From a virus, in IMG/VR virus record IMGVR_UViG_3300035436_000036: a DNA stretch of 64,000 nucleotides; one strand, written 5' to 3'. The notes beneath the pieces were generated by a model. The model saw nothing but the letters and a program-made list of their open reading frames with translations, ran no database searches and was not told the origin of the DNA. How positions within the stretch are numbered: the first letter of the stretch is position 1; each line of letters begins with the position of its first letter. The position numbers were made by a program, and so were the translations under genes. Of the stretch, positions 44,912 through 54,292 are shown in pieces.

Positions 44912-45325
44912 ATGAGCGAAGAACGCGTAGGTATTGTAGCAAGTTGTTTTGATCTGTTTCATGCAGGCCATATCCTTATGCTAATGGAAGCAAAGAAGGA
45001 ATGCGATCGATTGATCGTAGCCCTCCAGTCAGATCCTACAATCGATCGGCCCGAGAAGAATAAGCCGATTCAAGGTATGTATGAGCGATACATTCAGGTG
45101 GATTCGTGCGAGTATGTTGATCATGTAGTTCCATATGATACAGAAGCAGATCTTTATAATCTACTCGCAAGTTTCGACTGGAGTGTTCGATTCCTCGGCG
45201 AAGATTACATCGATCGTCGCGACTTCACAGGATCTGACCTAGACATTCCAATTCATTACTGTAGTCGCAAGCACGATTACAGCTCATCTAATCTGCGTCA
45301 GAAGATCACAGGTAAAGGCAAGTGA
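44912..45325 (+). CDS. Cytidylyltransferase-family nucleotidyltransferase (TagD/RfaE-II-like, HxGH)
   Basis: VASCFDLFHAGHILMLMEAKK vs B. subtilis TagD GTFDLLHWGHIKLLERAK. Confidence 0.6.
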   Translation: MSEERVGIVASCFDLFHAGHILMLMEAKKECDRLIVALQSDPTIDRPEKNKPIQGMYERYIQVDSCEYVDHVVPYDTEADLYNLLASFDWSVRFLGEDYIDRRDFTGSDLDIPIHYCSRKHDYSSSNLRQKITGKGK

Positions 45326-45744
45326 GCAAGTGGTCTGATCGCTTCCTAGCACTCGCAGAGCACGTTGCAGAATGGTCTCAGGATCCTTCAACGAAGGTTG
45401 GAGCTGTGATTGTGGATGATAAGAAGCGCGTGGTCTCTATGGGCTATAACGGCTTTCCACGTGGGATCAAAGACCTACCTGAGCGTTATAACAACAGCGA
45501 TACTAAGCATTTGTTTGTCTGTCACGCAGAGCGCAATGCTATCGACAACACTCCCATCTCAGTAGAGGGATGTACGATGTATGCTCTTCTAATGCCTTGC
45601 AATGAGTGTGCTAAGTCGATCATTCAGAGTGGTATCAAGAAGGTGATCACTTACAAACCTACCCGAGAGGATAAGTTTAATTGGGACATCACAAGAATTA
45701 TGTTCCAAGAAGCTGGAGTGATTCTGTACGAGATTGATAAATAA
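45322..45744 (+). CDS. cd: dCMP deaminase
   Basis: Zinc motifs CHAERNAI and PCNECAKSI. Confidence 0.8.
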   Translation: MSKWSDRFLALAEHVAEWSQDPSTKVGAVIVDDKKRVVSMGYNGFPRGIKDLPERYNNSDTKHLFVCHAERNAIDNTPISVEGCTMYALLMPCNECAKSIIQSGIKKVITYKPTREDKFNWDITRIMFQEAGVILYEIDK

Positions 45745-45798
45745 CCCCGTCACGCCTAATGGGTGACACAACTAAACTCGCTTAATAGGAGAATATAC

Positions 45799-46320
45799 AT
45801 GAAAAGTTTTTATGACGCACGCGCATTTAAGAATCTCGATGGTTTCTTTGTCGGATTCGATGACATTGCTAAAAAGCTAACCGAAGCTCAAAAGGCAGCG
45901 ACAGATGCAGTCAAATATCCCCCATACAATCTGAAGAAGATCGACGAGAATCGATACACTATCGAACTCGCGGTAGCCGGCTTTGCTAAGCAAGATCTTG
46001 AAATCGAGATTGCGGATGATAAGCTAATCATCAAGGGCAACACCACATCTGGTGAACCCTCAGAACAAGATTCTGCTGGCGAATGGACTTGGCCGCAAGT
46101 TCTTCATCACGGGCTTGCAATGCGCCCATTCACTCGCACCTTTACTCTTTCGGATAACGTAGAGATTCGTGGTGCTTCACTTCTGAACGGCATTCTAAAG
46201 ATTGCTCTGGAAGCTATTATTCCTGAGCATAAGAAGCCTAAGAAAGTTGAGATTCAAGATGCCGAGGAGGAGTATCCTTCCCAGGCTGCTGAATTCTTGG
46301 CAGAAGGTAAAACCAAGTAA
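45799..46320 (+). CDS. Small heat-shock protein (Hsp20/IbpA-like)
   Basis: PPYNLKKIDENRYTIELAVAGFAKQDLEIEIADDKLIIKG vs E. coli IbpA [40 protein letters not shown]; start set at ATG with RBS TAGGAGAA. Confidence 0.8.
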   Translation: MKSFYDARAFKNLDGFFVGFDDIAKKLTEAQKAATDAVKYPPYNLKKIDENRYTIELAVAGFAKQDLEIEIADDKLIIKGNTTSGEPSEQDSAGEWTWPQVLHHGLAMRPFTRTFTLSDNVEIRGASLLNGILKIALEAIIPEHKKPKKVEIQDAEEEYPSQAAEFLAEGKTK

Positions 46321-46322
46321 AA

Positions 46323-46356
46323 AGAAGGGGGCCTTTTGAGCCCCCTTCCCATTTTA
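46323..46356. terminator. Bidirectional rho-independent terminator between convergent sHSP and endolysin genes
   Basis: GAAGGGGGCCTTTTGAGCCCCCTTC with T-runs on both strands. Confidence 0.75.
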
Positions 46357-47538
46357 TCCCCAGTTGGCGTACTGTTTGGTCTTCTTAAGCCTGTCATCCA
46401 GGCCGTGAGTTCCACCATTAACACGCTTTGTGATCTGAGTGATGATTGCATCCGTTACACCCTTGTCTGCAATCGCTAGCAGACCATTCTTACGGAAGAA
46501 CCACAATGCAGACTCGAAAGCCAACTCCCCAACCACAAGATCAGGATTCGTTAAAACGTCAGGGCGTCCAATGTCAGCGGCAAAGGCTGTATAGTTCGCT
46601 TTCCCGGTCAGTTGGATCGGGCCTCGACCACGATACTTCCAGCCATCTCCAGAGGCTTCTGGTCCGTTCCCCATCCGATTAGCATACACTTTGTTTGCAA
46701 TCTTCTCTGGCTTGCGAGCATAACCTGCTGTCGAAGCAATCGTTGGGAAGTACTTCTTGAAGATCCCATTGAGACCCTTGTCCGAGTAGTTAAGGTTTTC
46801 TGAAAAGACTTTGAAGCCACCCGACTCGTGAGCACACTGACCAAAGAAGTGAGCTGCTTGAGTGTTTGATAGCTTGAAGAAGTCACGAGCTGCCTTATAA
46901 GTACCAGGACCCCACTTACCATCGGCAGTGATGCCACACTTAGTTTGGAGAGCCGCTAATGGACCAAGACCCGCTGCAACTGGAGCTGCCTTTGGAGCAG
47001 CCGCTGACGGCTTCGGAGCAGCTTGACCAGCTACTTGAGGAGCTCCTGCTTCGCGAGTCGTTGATGGATCGAAATCCTTCACAGTAGTGTATACAGTGCC
47101 ACCAGCCTTCGACTTAGAAGCGATCATGCGAACCTTACGGTTGCCACCTTCCTTCTTGATCGAAGCGTGAACCCAACCAGAGTTCTTATCACCAGCAGTG
47201 TAGAACTCGAGGATGACTTGGTCGAACTCTAGATTGTCACCAATCCAGTCTGCAACTGTCTTGTTATCAACACCCTTGACTTCGAAGTCAATTGCCTGAC
47301 CATTAACGTGCTGTGAGGTCTTTGAACCACCAACAGCTCTGTTAACAGCAGGAGCGCGGTAAGAAGAGTTGATCGTTACCGGACCAAACTTTGCACGGAC
47401 TGGCTCGAGGATCTTCTCGCAGCAGTAGCGCATGTTCTCAATGTGCTCTGGGGTTGGAGTGTTCGAAAGTCCCAGTTTCTTGGCAGTAGGAGATACGGTC
47501 ATCTCGCTAAGTTTAAAGTGTTCTGTTAGTTGTGTCAT
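46354..47538 (-). CDS. Multidomain endolysin: M15 peptidase + peptidoglycan-binding domain + GH19 muramidase/chitinase-like domain
   Basis: N-term FKLSEMTVSPTAKKLGLSN...SQHVNGQAIDF (M15); middle CGITADGKWGPGTYKA; C-term GQCAHESGGF...YRGRGPIQLTGKANY (GH19). Confidence 0.85.
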   Translation of the reverse strand: MTQLTEHFKLSEMTVSPTAKKLGLSNTPTPEHIENMRYCCEKILEPVRAKFGPVTINSSYRAPAVNRAVGGSKTSQHVNGQAIDFEVKGVDNKTVADWIGDNLEFDQVILEFYTAGDKNSGWVHASIKKEGGNRKVRMIASKSKAGGTVYTTVKDFDPSTTREAGAPQVAGQAAPKPSAAAPKAAPVAAGLGPLAALQTKCGITADGKWGPGTYKAARDFFKLSNTQAAHFFGQCAHESGGFKVFSENLNYSDKGLNGIFKKYFPTIASTAGYARKPEKIANKVYANRMGNGPEASGDGWKYRGRGPIQLTGKANYTAFAADIGRPDVLTNPDLVVGELAFESALWFFRKNGLLAIADKGVTDAIITQITKRVNGGTHGLDDRLKKTKQYANWG

Positions 47539-47548
47539 GATTTAATCC

Positions 47549-47998
47549 TTAGAATGGTCCATGGTCTTCGTCTGAGTCAAGATACTTGTCGACAGCTGCC
47601 ATCATTTTGATTTCGTTGTCTGTTTCGATTGACTCGGCTTGTGCGTTGATTACGTGAGCTTCTGCAAGAGCCTTATGATCGGTCTTGCCGAGCTCTTGAG
47701 TCTTTACGTTTGGATCAAGCTCAGAAACTTTCATTCCCATCATCGTAGCGAAGGCTCCGACAAAGGCACCGATGATCATTGAGAACGCTGGGCCGATGAT
47801 CTTGAAGATTTCGTTATTATCGATTAGCTCGTTTGGCATAAACATACCAATGAGGAAGATGAATACAACTGCTAGCATGATAGACGACAGCACAAGTGTG
47901 ACCATCTTCATGATAGAGAGTTGGATCTTACCCTTCTCGAGTTCGAGTTGCTCCATCGATGTGATTGGTGGGGTAGATAAAAAAGATAGTAAGGACAT
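47549..47998 (-). CDS. Putative holin / lysis membrane protein
   Basis: Immediately upstream of endolysin on same strand; 2-3 TM segments; RBS GAGGT. Confidence 0.4.
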   Translation of the reverse strand: MSLLSFLSTPPITSMEQLELEKGKIQLSIMKMVTLVLSSIMLAVVFIFLIGMFMPNELIDNNEIFKIIGPAFSMIIGAFVGAFATMMGMKVSELDPNVKTQELGKTDHKALAEAHVINAQAESIETDNEIKMMAAVDKYLDSDEDHGPF

Positions 47999-48017
47999 AC
48001 AATACCTCAATTAGTGG

Positions 48018-48045
48018 TTGACATAATTCGAAAAGTATTTATAAT
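48018..48045 (+). promoter_or_regulatory. Early promoter (TTGACA N16 TATAAT) for DNA polymerase
   Basis: Canonical sigma70 elements 22 nt upstream of ATG 48067, RBS GGAG. Confidence 0.65.
48036..48043 (-). promoter_or_regulatory. Late promoter TATAAATA on minus strand for holin-endolysin, embedded in divergent early promoter of gp43
   Basis: Reverse complement of TATTTATA at 48036-48043. Confidence 0.45.
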
Positions 48046-48066
48046 AGGGAGTCAATTGGAGATCAT

Positions 48067-50622
48067 ATGAGCACATTCTACACTCGCGTCGACCCCCTAG
48101 GCAACGACCTTCTCGTCCGAGGCTTCGAAGATGGTAAGCCTATCATGAAGAGGGTTCCCTACAAGCCGTACATGTTCGTACCGTGTCGTACGGATACAAA
48201 GTACAAGACGATCGATGGTAAGCCTGTCGACAAGCTGCACTTCGACTCGATACGCGATTGCCGAGACTACATCCGTCAGTACAAAGACGTTGCTGGCATG
48301 CCGATGTACGGCTTCGATAAGTTTCACTTCATGTACATCTACGACACCTACAAGGGAGAGATCAACTACGATCCCTCTCTGACGTCCGTTGTCTCACTCG
48401 ACATCGAAGTCGACATTGCGAATAGCAGAGGCTTTCCTAAGCCAGAGCTGGCGGAGAATGAGGTCACTCTGATCACGATCTCTCGCAAGGGTAAGAAGGC
48501 TGTGTTCGGATGTCAGCCATTCGATAACAAGGATCCTGAGAACGTCACATACTACAAGTGCGTCGATGAGACTGCACTCTTGCGTTCGTTCCTTGATGTG
48601 TGGAACTCGGTCGAGTACTCACCTCACATTGTCACTGGCTGGAACATTGACTTCTTCGATATTCCCTACATCATTAACCGCATTGCTCGTGTCCTTGGAG
48701 AGAGTGCTGTAAAAAAGCTCTCTCCTTGGGGCATCGTCAAGTCTCGTTCGATCAAGCAGTTTGGTCAAGAGGACATGCAGACTGTCTGGGACATCTACGG
48801 TGTCACTAACCTCGACTACATCCAACTCTACAAGAAGTTTGCATACACTCCTCAAGAGTCTTACTCTCTGGATCACGTAGCTTATGAAGAGCTGGGCGAG
48901 AAGAAGACTGACTACTCTGACCTCGGAACGTTGGCTGACCTTCAAGTCAAGGACTGGCAGCGCTACACAGAGTATAACATCCGAGACGTCGAGCTCGTTG
49001 ATAAGCTAGATGATAAGTTGAAGCTGATCGAACTGGTGATGGCTATGGCATATGACGCTAAGGTCAACTACCACGACACCTTCACTACGGTGGGGATCTG
49101 GGACGTCATTATCCACAACTACCTGCTCGATAGATGCTATGTCATCCCTCCTGTGAAGGTCGGAGACGCACGGGACACCATCCTGGGTGGTTATGTGAAG
49201 GATCCTCAGGTTGGTGAGCACAAGTGGGTTGTGTCGCTCGACTTGAACTCTCTATACCCTCACATCATCATGCAGTATAACATCTCTCCCGATACGTACA
49301 AGGGTGTGTTCCCCGATGCTCCCATCCACCTCAGCGAAGGTCCGGACAAGGCTGAACCCCTTGTTATGATGATGCAGGATGGATATCTTAACGCCGATCG
49401 ACGTAAGTATCTACAGGATAACGACCTGACTTGTACTGCCAACATGCGTATGTTCTCGCGATCAAAGCAAGGGTTCCTTCCTGCTCTGATGGAGAAGATG
49501 TACAACGACCGTGTGGTCTACAAGAACCAGATGATCGAGTCTAAGAAGCTACTCGAACAAGAGAAGAGTGTCCAGCTCGAAAAGGACGTTGCTCGGTATA
49601 ACAACCTTCAGATGGCAAAGAAGATTCAGTTGAACTCAGGATATGGTGCTCTTGCTAACATCTACAACCGTTGGTATCGTGCAGAGTTCGCTGAGGCGAT
49701 TACATCTTGTGGTCAGCTGACCACTCGTTGGATCGAAGGTAAGCTGAACGAACTTCTCAACAAGACGTTCAAGACCGAAGGCTTTGACTATGTGATTGCT
49801 TGTGATACTGACTCTGTGTACATGAAGGCTGACAAGTTCATTGAGCTTGCTGGTAAGGAGATGACTACCGAGCAGTGTGTTGCATATCTCGATAAGGTAT
49901 CGCTCCAGCTCCTCGAGCCGTTCATCGACAAGAAGTATGACGAGCTGTGTCAGTATGTGAACGGCTATGCTCAGAAGATGAAGATGAAGCGTGAGTGTAT
50001 TGCTGAGAAGGGTATCTGGACAGCCAAGAAGCGCTACATCCTCAACGTATGGAACCAAGAAGGTGTTGCGTATAGTGAACCTAAGCTCAAGATGGCTGGT
50101 ATCGAAGCGATCCGTACATCTACTCCTATGGTCTGTCGTAAGGCTATTAAGGATACGCTTAGCCTTATCATGAACTCTACAGAGGACGACATGCAGAAGT
50201 TCATCGCCGACTTCCGTAGAGAGTATGACGAGCTTGCGTTTGAGGTGGTAGCTTCCCCTCGTTCAGTGTCGGACTTGAATAAATATAGAGATGGTGGTTC
50301 TGTCTTCAAGAAGGGCACACCCATCAACGTGAAGGGTGCGCTGATGTATAACCATCTTCTTCGTGAGCATAAGCTAGAGAAGAAGTATGAAGCGATTGGG
50401 GACGGACAGAAGATCAAGTACTCCTATCTCAAGACACCTAACCCTATCCAATGTAATGTGATTGCTTCGCCTGGAGGGCTTCCTCCTGAGTTTGGTTTGG
50501 ATCGATACATCGATCGCACTATGCAGTTCGATAAGTCGTATCTCGAACCAATCAAGACGATCTGTGATAGCATCAACTGGAAGACAGAGAAGACATACAC
50601 GCTAGAGGACCTTTGGGCTTGA
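48067..50622 (+). CDS. gp43: DNA polymerase gp43 (family B) with 3'-5' exonuclease domain
   Basis: Exo motifs (LDIEV..., YNIRDV), polymerase motifs (LDLNSLYPHI, KIQLNSGYGAL, IACDTDSVYM). Confidence 0.95.
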   Translation: MSTFYTRVDPLGNDLLVRGFEDGKPIMKRVPYKPYMFVPCRTDTKYKTIDGKPVDKLHFDSIRDCRDYIRQYKDVAGMPMYGFDKFHFMYIYDTYKGEINYDPSLTSVVSLDIEVDIANSRGFPKPELAENEVTLITISRKGKKAVFGCQPFDNKDPENVTYYKCVDETALLRSFLDVWNSVEYSPHIVTGWNIDFFDIPYIINRIARVLGESAVKKLSPWGIVKSRSIKQFGQEDMQTVWDIYGVTNLDYIQLYKKFAYTPQESYSLDHVAYEELGEKKTDYSDLGTLADLQVKDWQRYTEYNIRDVELVDKLDDKLKLIELVMAMAYDAKVNYHDTFTTVGIWDVIIHNYLLDRCYVIPPVKVGDARDTILGGYVKDPQVGEHKWVVSLDLNSLYPHIIMQYNISPDTYKGVFPDAPIHLSEGPDKAEPLVMMMQDGYLNADRRKYLQDNDLTCTANMRMFSRSKQGFLPALMEKMYNDRVVYKNQMIESKKLLEQEKSVQLEKDVARYNNLQMAKKIQLNSGYGALANIYNRWYRAEFAEAITSCGQLTTRWIEGKLNELLNKTFKTEGFDYVIACDTDSVYMKADKFIELAGKEMTTEQCVAYLDKVSLQLLEPFIDKKYDELCQYVNGYAQKMKMKRECIAEKGIWTAKKRYILNVWNQEGVAYSEPKLKMAGIEAIRTSTPMVCRKAIKDTLSLIMNSTEDDMQKFIADFRREYDELAFEVVASPRSVSDLNKYRDGGSVFKKGTPINVKGALMYNHLLREHKLEKKYEAIGDGQKIKYSYLKTPNPIQCNVIASPGGLPPEFGLDRYIDRTMQFDKSYLEPIKTICDSINWKTEKTYTLEDLWA

Positions 50623-50623
50623 G

Positions 50624-50935
50624 ATGACTAAAGATAAGGTTGCACTGCTCCATGCTTATGTGACCAAGGCTGCAAAGGCTTTGGATGGTAAGCTGCCGGA
50701 TCATCCAGCGCACCCTTATGGAAGAATACCTATAGCACACATCTATGATGTGATCAAGAGGGTGATGGGTTGCCCTGCCAAAGATTGTAGAAACGAACGC
50801 TACGATGACCTTATCAAGATTGTCGACTTCTGTAGAGACTTTCCTGATGAGCCCCACTGCGCTTCTGCTCTCAGAGTGTCGATCCAACCCGAACCAGTAT
50901 ATAAACAAGTAACACTAGAGGACCTTTGGAACTAA
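50624..50935 (+). CDS. Hypothetical protein (103 aa) sharing the C-terminal TLEDLW peptide of gp43
   Basis: C-terminus QVTLEDLWN vs gp43 KTYTLEDLWA; ~20-nt near-identical DNA. Confidence 0.45.
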   Translation: MTKDKVALLHAYVTKAAKALDGKLPDHPAHPYGRIPIAHIYDVIKRVMGCPAKDCRNERYDDLIKIVDFCRDFPDEPHCASALRVSIQPEPVYKQVTLEDLWN

Positions 50936-51213
50936 TGGCTAACATCAAACTAGACGAATCATTCGACTTCGGCTTCTCCATCGTGGATGAAGGAGAGCTG
51001 GAAGTACTACAAGAGGCACAAGATACCATCACGACTGTATCTGCAGAAGCAGCTACACTCGAGGACAGGCTGAACAAGCTGTACAATATGATGATGCCAC
51101 TACTCAACAACCTTGCAAAGAACCCAGACAAGAACTATATCTTCTGGCCCAATAGACTTGCAAAGATCGAACAATTCCGCGATCAGTTGGACAAGGTCTA
51201 TCTTAACAGTTGA
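50935..51213 (+). CDS. Hypothetical protein (92 aa)
   Basis: TAATG-overlap ORF. Confidence 0.4.
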   Translation: MANIKLDESFDFGFSIVDEGELEVLQEAQDTITTVSAEAATLEDRLNKLYNMMMPLLNNLAKNPDKNYIFWPNRLAKIEQFRDQLDKVYLNS

Positions 51214-51238
51214 CCTTTATAGTAAAACATCGTATAAG
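51210..51238 (+). promoter_or_regulatory. Early promoter cassette copy upstream of uvsX
   Basis: CAGTTGACCTTTATAGTAAAACATCGTATAAGGT. Confidence 0.55.
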
Positions 51239-51269
51239 GTAACTACAGTTAGAGCTACAAGGAGTCATT

Positions 51270-52340
51270 ATGTCGCTTATTGATAAACTAAAGAAGAATT
51301 CTACATCGAAGTACACCGCCGTTCTATCTGAGTCCAAGTTCTTCTCGGACAAGGATATGATCCAGACCAAGGTGCCTATCGTAAACGTTGCTCTGTCGGG
51401 CAAGCTCGATGGTGGCTTTACTCCTGGTCTGACGATGTTCGCAGGACCATCGAAGCACTTTAAGACTGCGTTCTCGCTTCTGATGGCTAAGTCGTATCTC
51501 GACAAGTATGCAGACGCTGTGCTGTTGTTCTATGACTCAGAGTTTGGTACGCCGCAGGCCTACTTCAACTCATTTGGTATCGACACGTCACGTGTTCTCC
51601 ATACTCCTATCACAGACGTCGAGCAGTTGAAGTTCGATATCATGAGTCAGCTTGATAACATCGAGCGTGGTGATCATATCATCATCGTAGTCGACTCGAT
51701 CGGTAACCTTGCTTCCAAGAAGGAAGTAGAGGATAGTCTGAACGAGAAGTCGGTTGCAGATATGTCTCGGGCGAAGCAGCTCAAGTCATTGTTCCGTATG
51801 GTAACACCTCACCTTACACTCAAGGATATCCCGATGTGTGTTGTGAACCATACGTACATGGAAATCGGTATGTTCCCTAAAGCAATCGTAGGTGGTGGTA
51901 CGGGTTCGTACTACTCCGCAGATAACATCTTCATTATTGGTCGCCAGCAAGAGAAGGATGGAAGTGAGGTTTCTGGCTACAACTTTATCATCAACGTAGA
52001 GAAGTCACGCCATGTCAGAGAAAAAGCAAAGATCCCGGTTACGGTTCTTCATGAGGGAGGCATTTCGCGATGGTCGGGGCTTATTGACCTGGCCACTAGT
52101 AGTGGTCATGTTATCAAGCCTTCCAATGGTTGGTATCAACGAGTGGACATGTCTACAGGAGAGATTGAAGACAAGAAGTGGCGATTCAAAGACACTGAGT
52201 CAAAAGACTTCTGGCTGCCAGTACTCTCCTGCAGCAAATTTAGCGAGTTTGTGGAAAAGAAATACCGAGTAGCATACGGTGATATTCTTCAAGACGAAGA
52301 CTCGGTTCAAGACGTATATGATGCGATGGGTGAAGAATGA
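51270..52340 (+). CDS. uvsX: UvsX recombinase (RecA family)
   Basis: Near-collinear identity with T4 UvsX (LFYDSEFG, VDSIGNLASKKE, NHTY, GGGTG, NVEKSR, NGWY). Confidence 0.95.
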   Translation: MSLIDKLKKNSTSKYTAVLSESKFFSDKDMIQTKVPIVNVALSGKLDGGFTPGLTMFAGPSKHFKTAFSLLMAKSYLDKYADAVLLFYDSEFGTPQAYFNSFGIDTSRVLHTPITDVEQLKFDIMSQLDNIERGDHIIIVVDSIGNLASKKEVEDSLNEKSVADMSRAKQLKSLFRMVTPHLTLKDIPMCVVNHTYMEIGMFPKAIVGGGTGSYYSADNIFIIGRQQEKDGSEVSGYNFIINVEKSRHVREKAKIPVTVLHEGGISRWSGLIDLATSSGHVIKPSNGWYQRVDMSTGEIEDKKWRFKDTESKDFWLPVLSCSKFSEFVEKKYRVAYGDILQDEDSVQDVYDAMGEE

Positions 52341-53725
52341 ACACTGAGAAAGTAATCCTTTCTAGTCTAGTTACGAATGATGAGTATGCGAGGAAGGTTA
52401 TCCCCTTCCTCGATACCACCTACTTCCACACGAAGTCTGAGCAGATTGTCTTCAAGCTGATTGAGGACTATGTGGCCAAATACAATGCCTTCCCTACAAA
52501 GGAAGCATTGCAGGTGGACCTCAGTGATAAGTCGATCCAGCAAGAGCTGTTTGATCAAGCGAAGCAGGTGATCGATGAGGTCACCCAGCCTAATACCCTT
52601 GAGCGTTCTGTAGACTGGCTTGTCGATACTACAGAGAAGTTCTGCCAAGACAAAGCCATCTACAATGCTATCATGGAATCGATCTCGATCCTAGATAACA
52701 AGGGTGAGAAGAAGCAGACGAAGGGAGCTATCCCTAAGATCCTACAAGACGCTCTTGCTGTATCGTTTGACTCATCTATCGGACACGACTTCATTGAGGA
52801 TGCAGAGGCTCGTTACGAGTTCTATCATCGCAAGGAGCAACGTCTCAAGTTCGATCTGGACTACTTCAACAAGATCACTGGTGGAGGTCTTCCTAACAAG
52901 ACTCTCAACATTGCTCTGGCTGGTACTGGCGTTGGTAAGTCGATGTTCATGTGTAGCTGTGCTGCAGCTAACCTCAAGGACCACAAGAACGTCCTCTACA
53001 TCACTCTCGAGCTTGCAGAAGAACGAGTAGCAGAACGTATCGATGCTAACTTGCTAGACTGTCCTATTGGAGAGCTTGCTGACCTGCCTAGGAACGTGTA
53101 TGAGAAGCGAATGGCCAAGCTCAGGGAGACTTCGAAGGGTAAGCTGATCATCAAGGAGTATCCGACTGCATCTGCCGGCTCTGCTAACTTCCGTCACCTC
53201 ATACAAGAGTTGAAGCTCAAGAAGAACTTCATTCCTGACGTCATCTATATCGACTATCTGAACATCTGTACATCTAGCCGTATCAAGGCAGGTGCCAATG
53301 TCAACTCATATACGGTGATCAAGGCAATCGCAGAAGAGCTTCGTGGTCTGGCTGTGGAGTTCAATGTTCCGATCATCTCGGCTACTCAGACTACTCGTTC
53401 AGGCTTCTCTAACTCTGATGTTGGTCTTGAGGATACCTCGGAGTCATTCGGTCTGCCTGCAACGGCTGACTTCATGTTCGCTCTGATCACATCCGAAGAG
53501 CTCGCTGCTCTGAATCAGATCATGGTCAAGCAACTCAAGAATCGCTACAACGATCCTGATAGGTTCAAGAGGTTTGTGGTGAGTGTGGATAAGTCGAAGA
53601 TGCGTCTGATGGATGCAGAAGACGCCACAGATGATCTAGTAGACGATACGCCGGTGATGGATAAGACTCAGATCGGTCAACGTATGCAGGATGAACGTAA
53701 GCAACTGTTTGAAGGATTTAAGTGA
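52337..53725 (+). CDS. gp41: Replicative helicase gp41 (DnaB family)
   Basis: Walker A AGTGVGKSM, DnaB-like motifs; position after uvsX as in T4. Confidence 0.9.
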   Translation: MNTEKVILSSLVTNDEYARKVIPFLDTTYFHTKSEQIVFKLIEDYVAKYNAFPTKEALQVDLSDKSIQQELFDQAKQVIDEVTQPNTLERSVDWLVDTTEKFCQDKAIYNAIMESISILDNKGEKKQTKGAIPKILQDALAVSFDSSIGHDFIEDAEARYEFYHRKEQRLKFDLDYFNKITGGGLPNKTLNIALAGTGVGKSMFMCSCAAANLKDHKNVLYITLELAEERVAERIDANLLDCPIGELADLPRNVYEKRMAKLRETSKGKLIIKEYPTASAGSANFRHLIQELKLKKNFIPDVIYIDYLNICTSSRIKAGANVNSYTVIKAIAEELRGLAVEFNVPIISATQTTRSGFSNSDVGLEDTSESFGLPATADFMFALITSEELAALNQIMVKQLKNRYNDPDRFKRFVVSVDKSKMRLMDAEDATDDLVDDTPVMDKTQIGQRMQDERKQLFEGFK

Positions 53726-53952
53726 TGGTGGATACTGATGATGGCAGCTGGTATGCAAAGGAGATGCCCGACAACCTGGTTATCAAACTACCAGAGAGGT
53801 CTGAATGGAAGGTGTGGCTGATGGGAGATCATGATAGTGGTCAACACGGTGCTATCGTTTATCACCCTATTAAGGGAAGGGAACCTAACTGGTTTCACCG
53901 TAAGATGCAAGAGCTTTGTTTTGGATTTCAATGGAGGAAGATCGATGGTTAA
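53722..53952 (+). CDS. Hypothetical protein (76 aa)
   Basis: ATGA-overlap ORF. Confidence 0.4.
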   Translation: MMVDTDDGSWYAKEMPDNLVIKLPERSEWKVWLMGDHDSGQHGAIVYHPIKGREPNWFHRKMQELCFGFQWRKIDG

Positions 53953-54181
53953 GTATAAGATTGTGAACACTGGACAACTTGTCGAAGTAGGTGGAGGTTA
54001 TGCTGAACACGGTGGCGATATCCTAGAGACCAAGACCAATCAGATTGTCAAGTCTGGCATCCGTATGTCTATAGCCAAGGGGATCCTCAATCATTTGAAC
54101 CTCGGCGGTGGATTTAATGGCGAAACTCCTTCGTTTTTTTTAAAAAACATTCCGTGTGAAGCAAGTGCTTCTTATAAATAA
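53945..54181 (+). CDS. Hypothetical protein (78 aa)
   Basis: Start reassigned to ATGG overlapping previous stop. Confidence 0.35.
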   Translation: MVKYKIVNTGQLVEVGGGYAEHGGDILETKTNQIVKSGIRMSIAKGILNHLNLGGGFNGETPSFFLKNIPCEASASYK

Positions 54182-54292
54182 AACACTGTAATGCGTGTAA
54201 GTGTGACATGTTCATGCTAGTGGCAAGTGCTTCGGCGACTGGAATTGACGGGGAAGCTGCAAGGCAGGTGGGGTTCCTCCCGTCCACGCATC

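Noticed and set aside
48097-50417. Antisense ORFs inside DNA polymerase; possibility of an intron/intein in gp43
   Set aside because: Polymerase ORF is continuous with all exo and pol motifs in order; no interruption, so no intron/intein; antisense ORFs spurious
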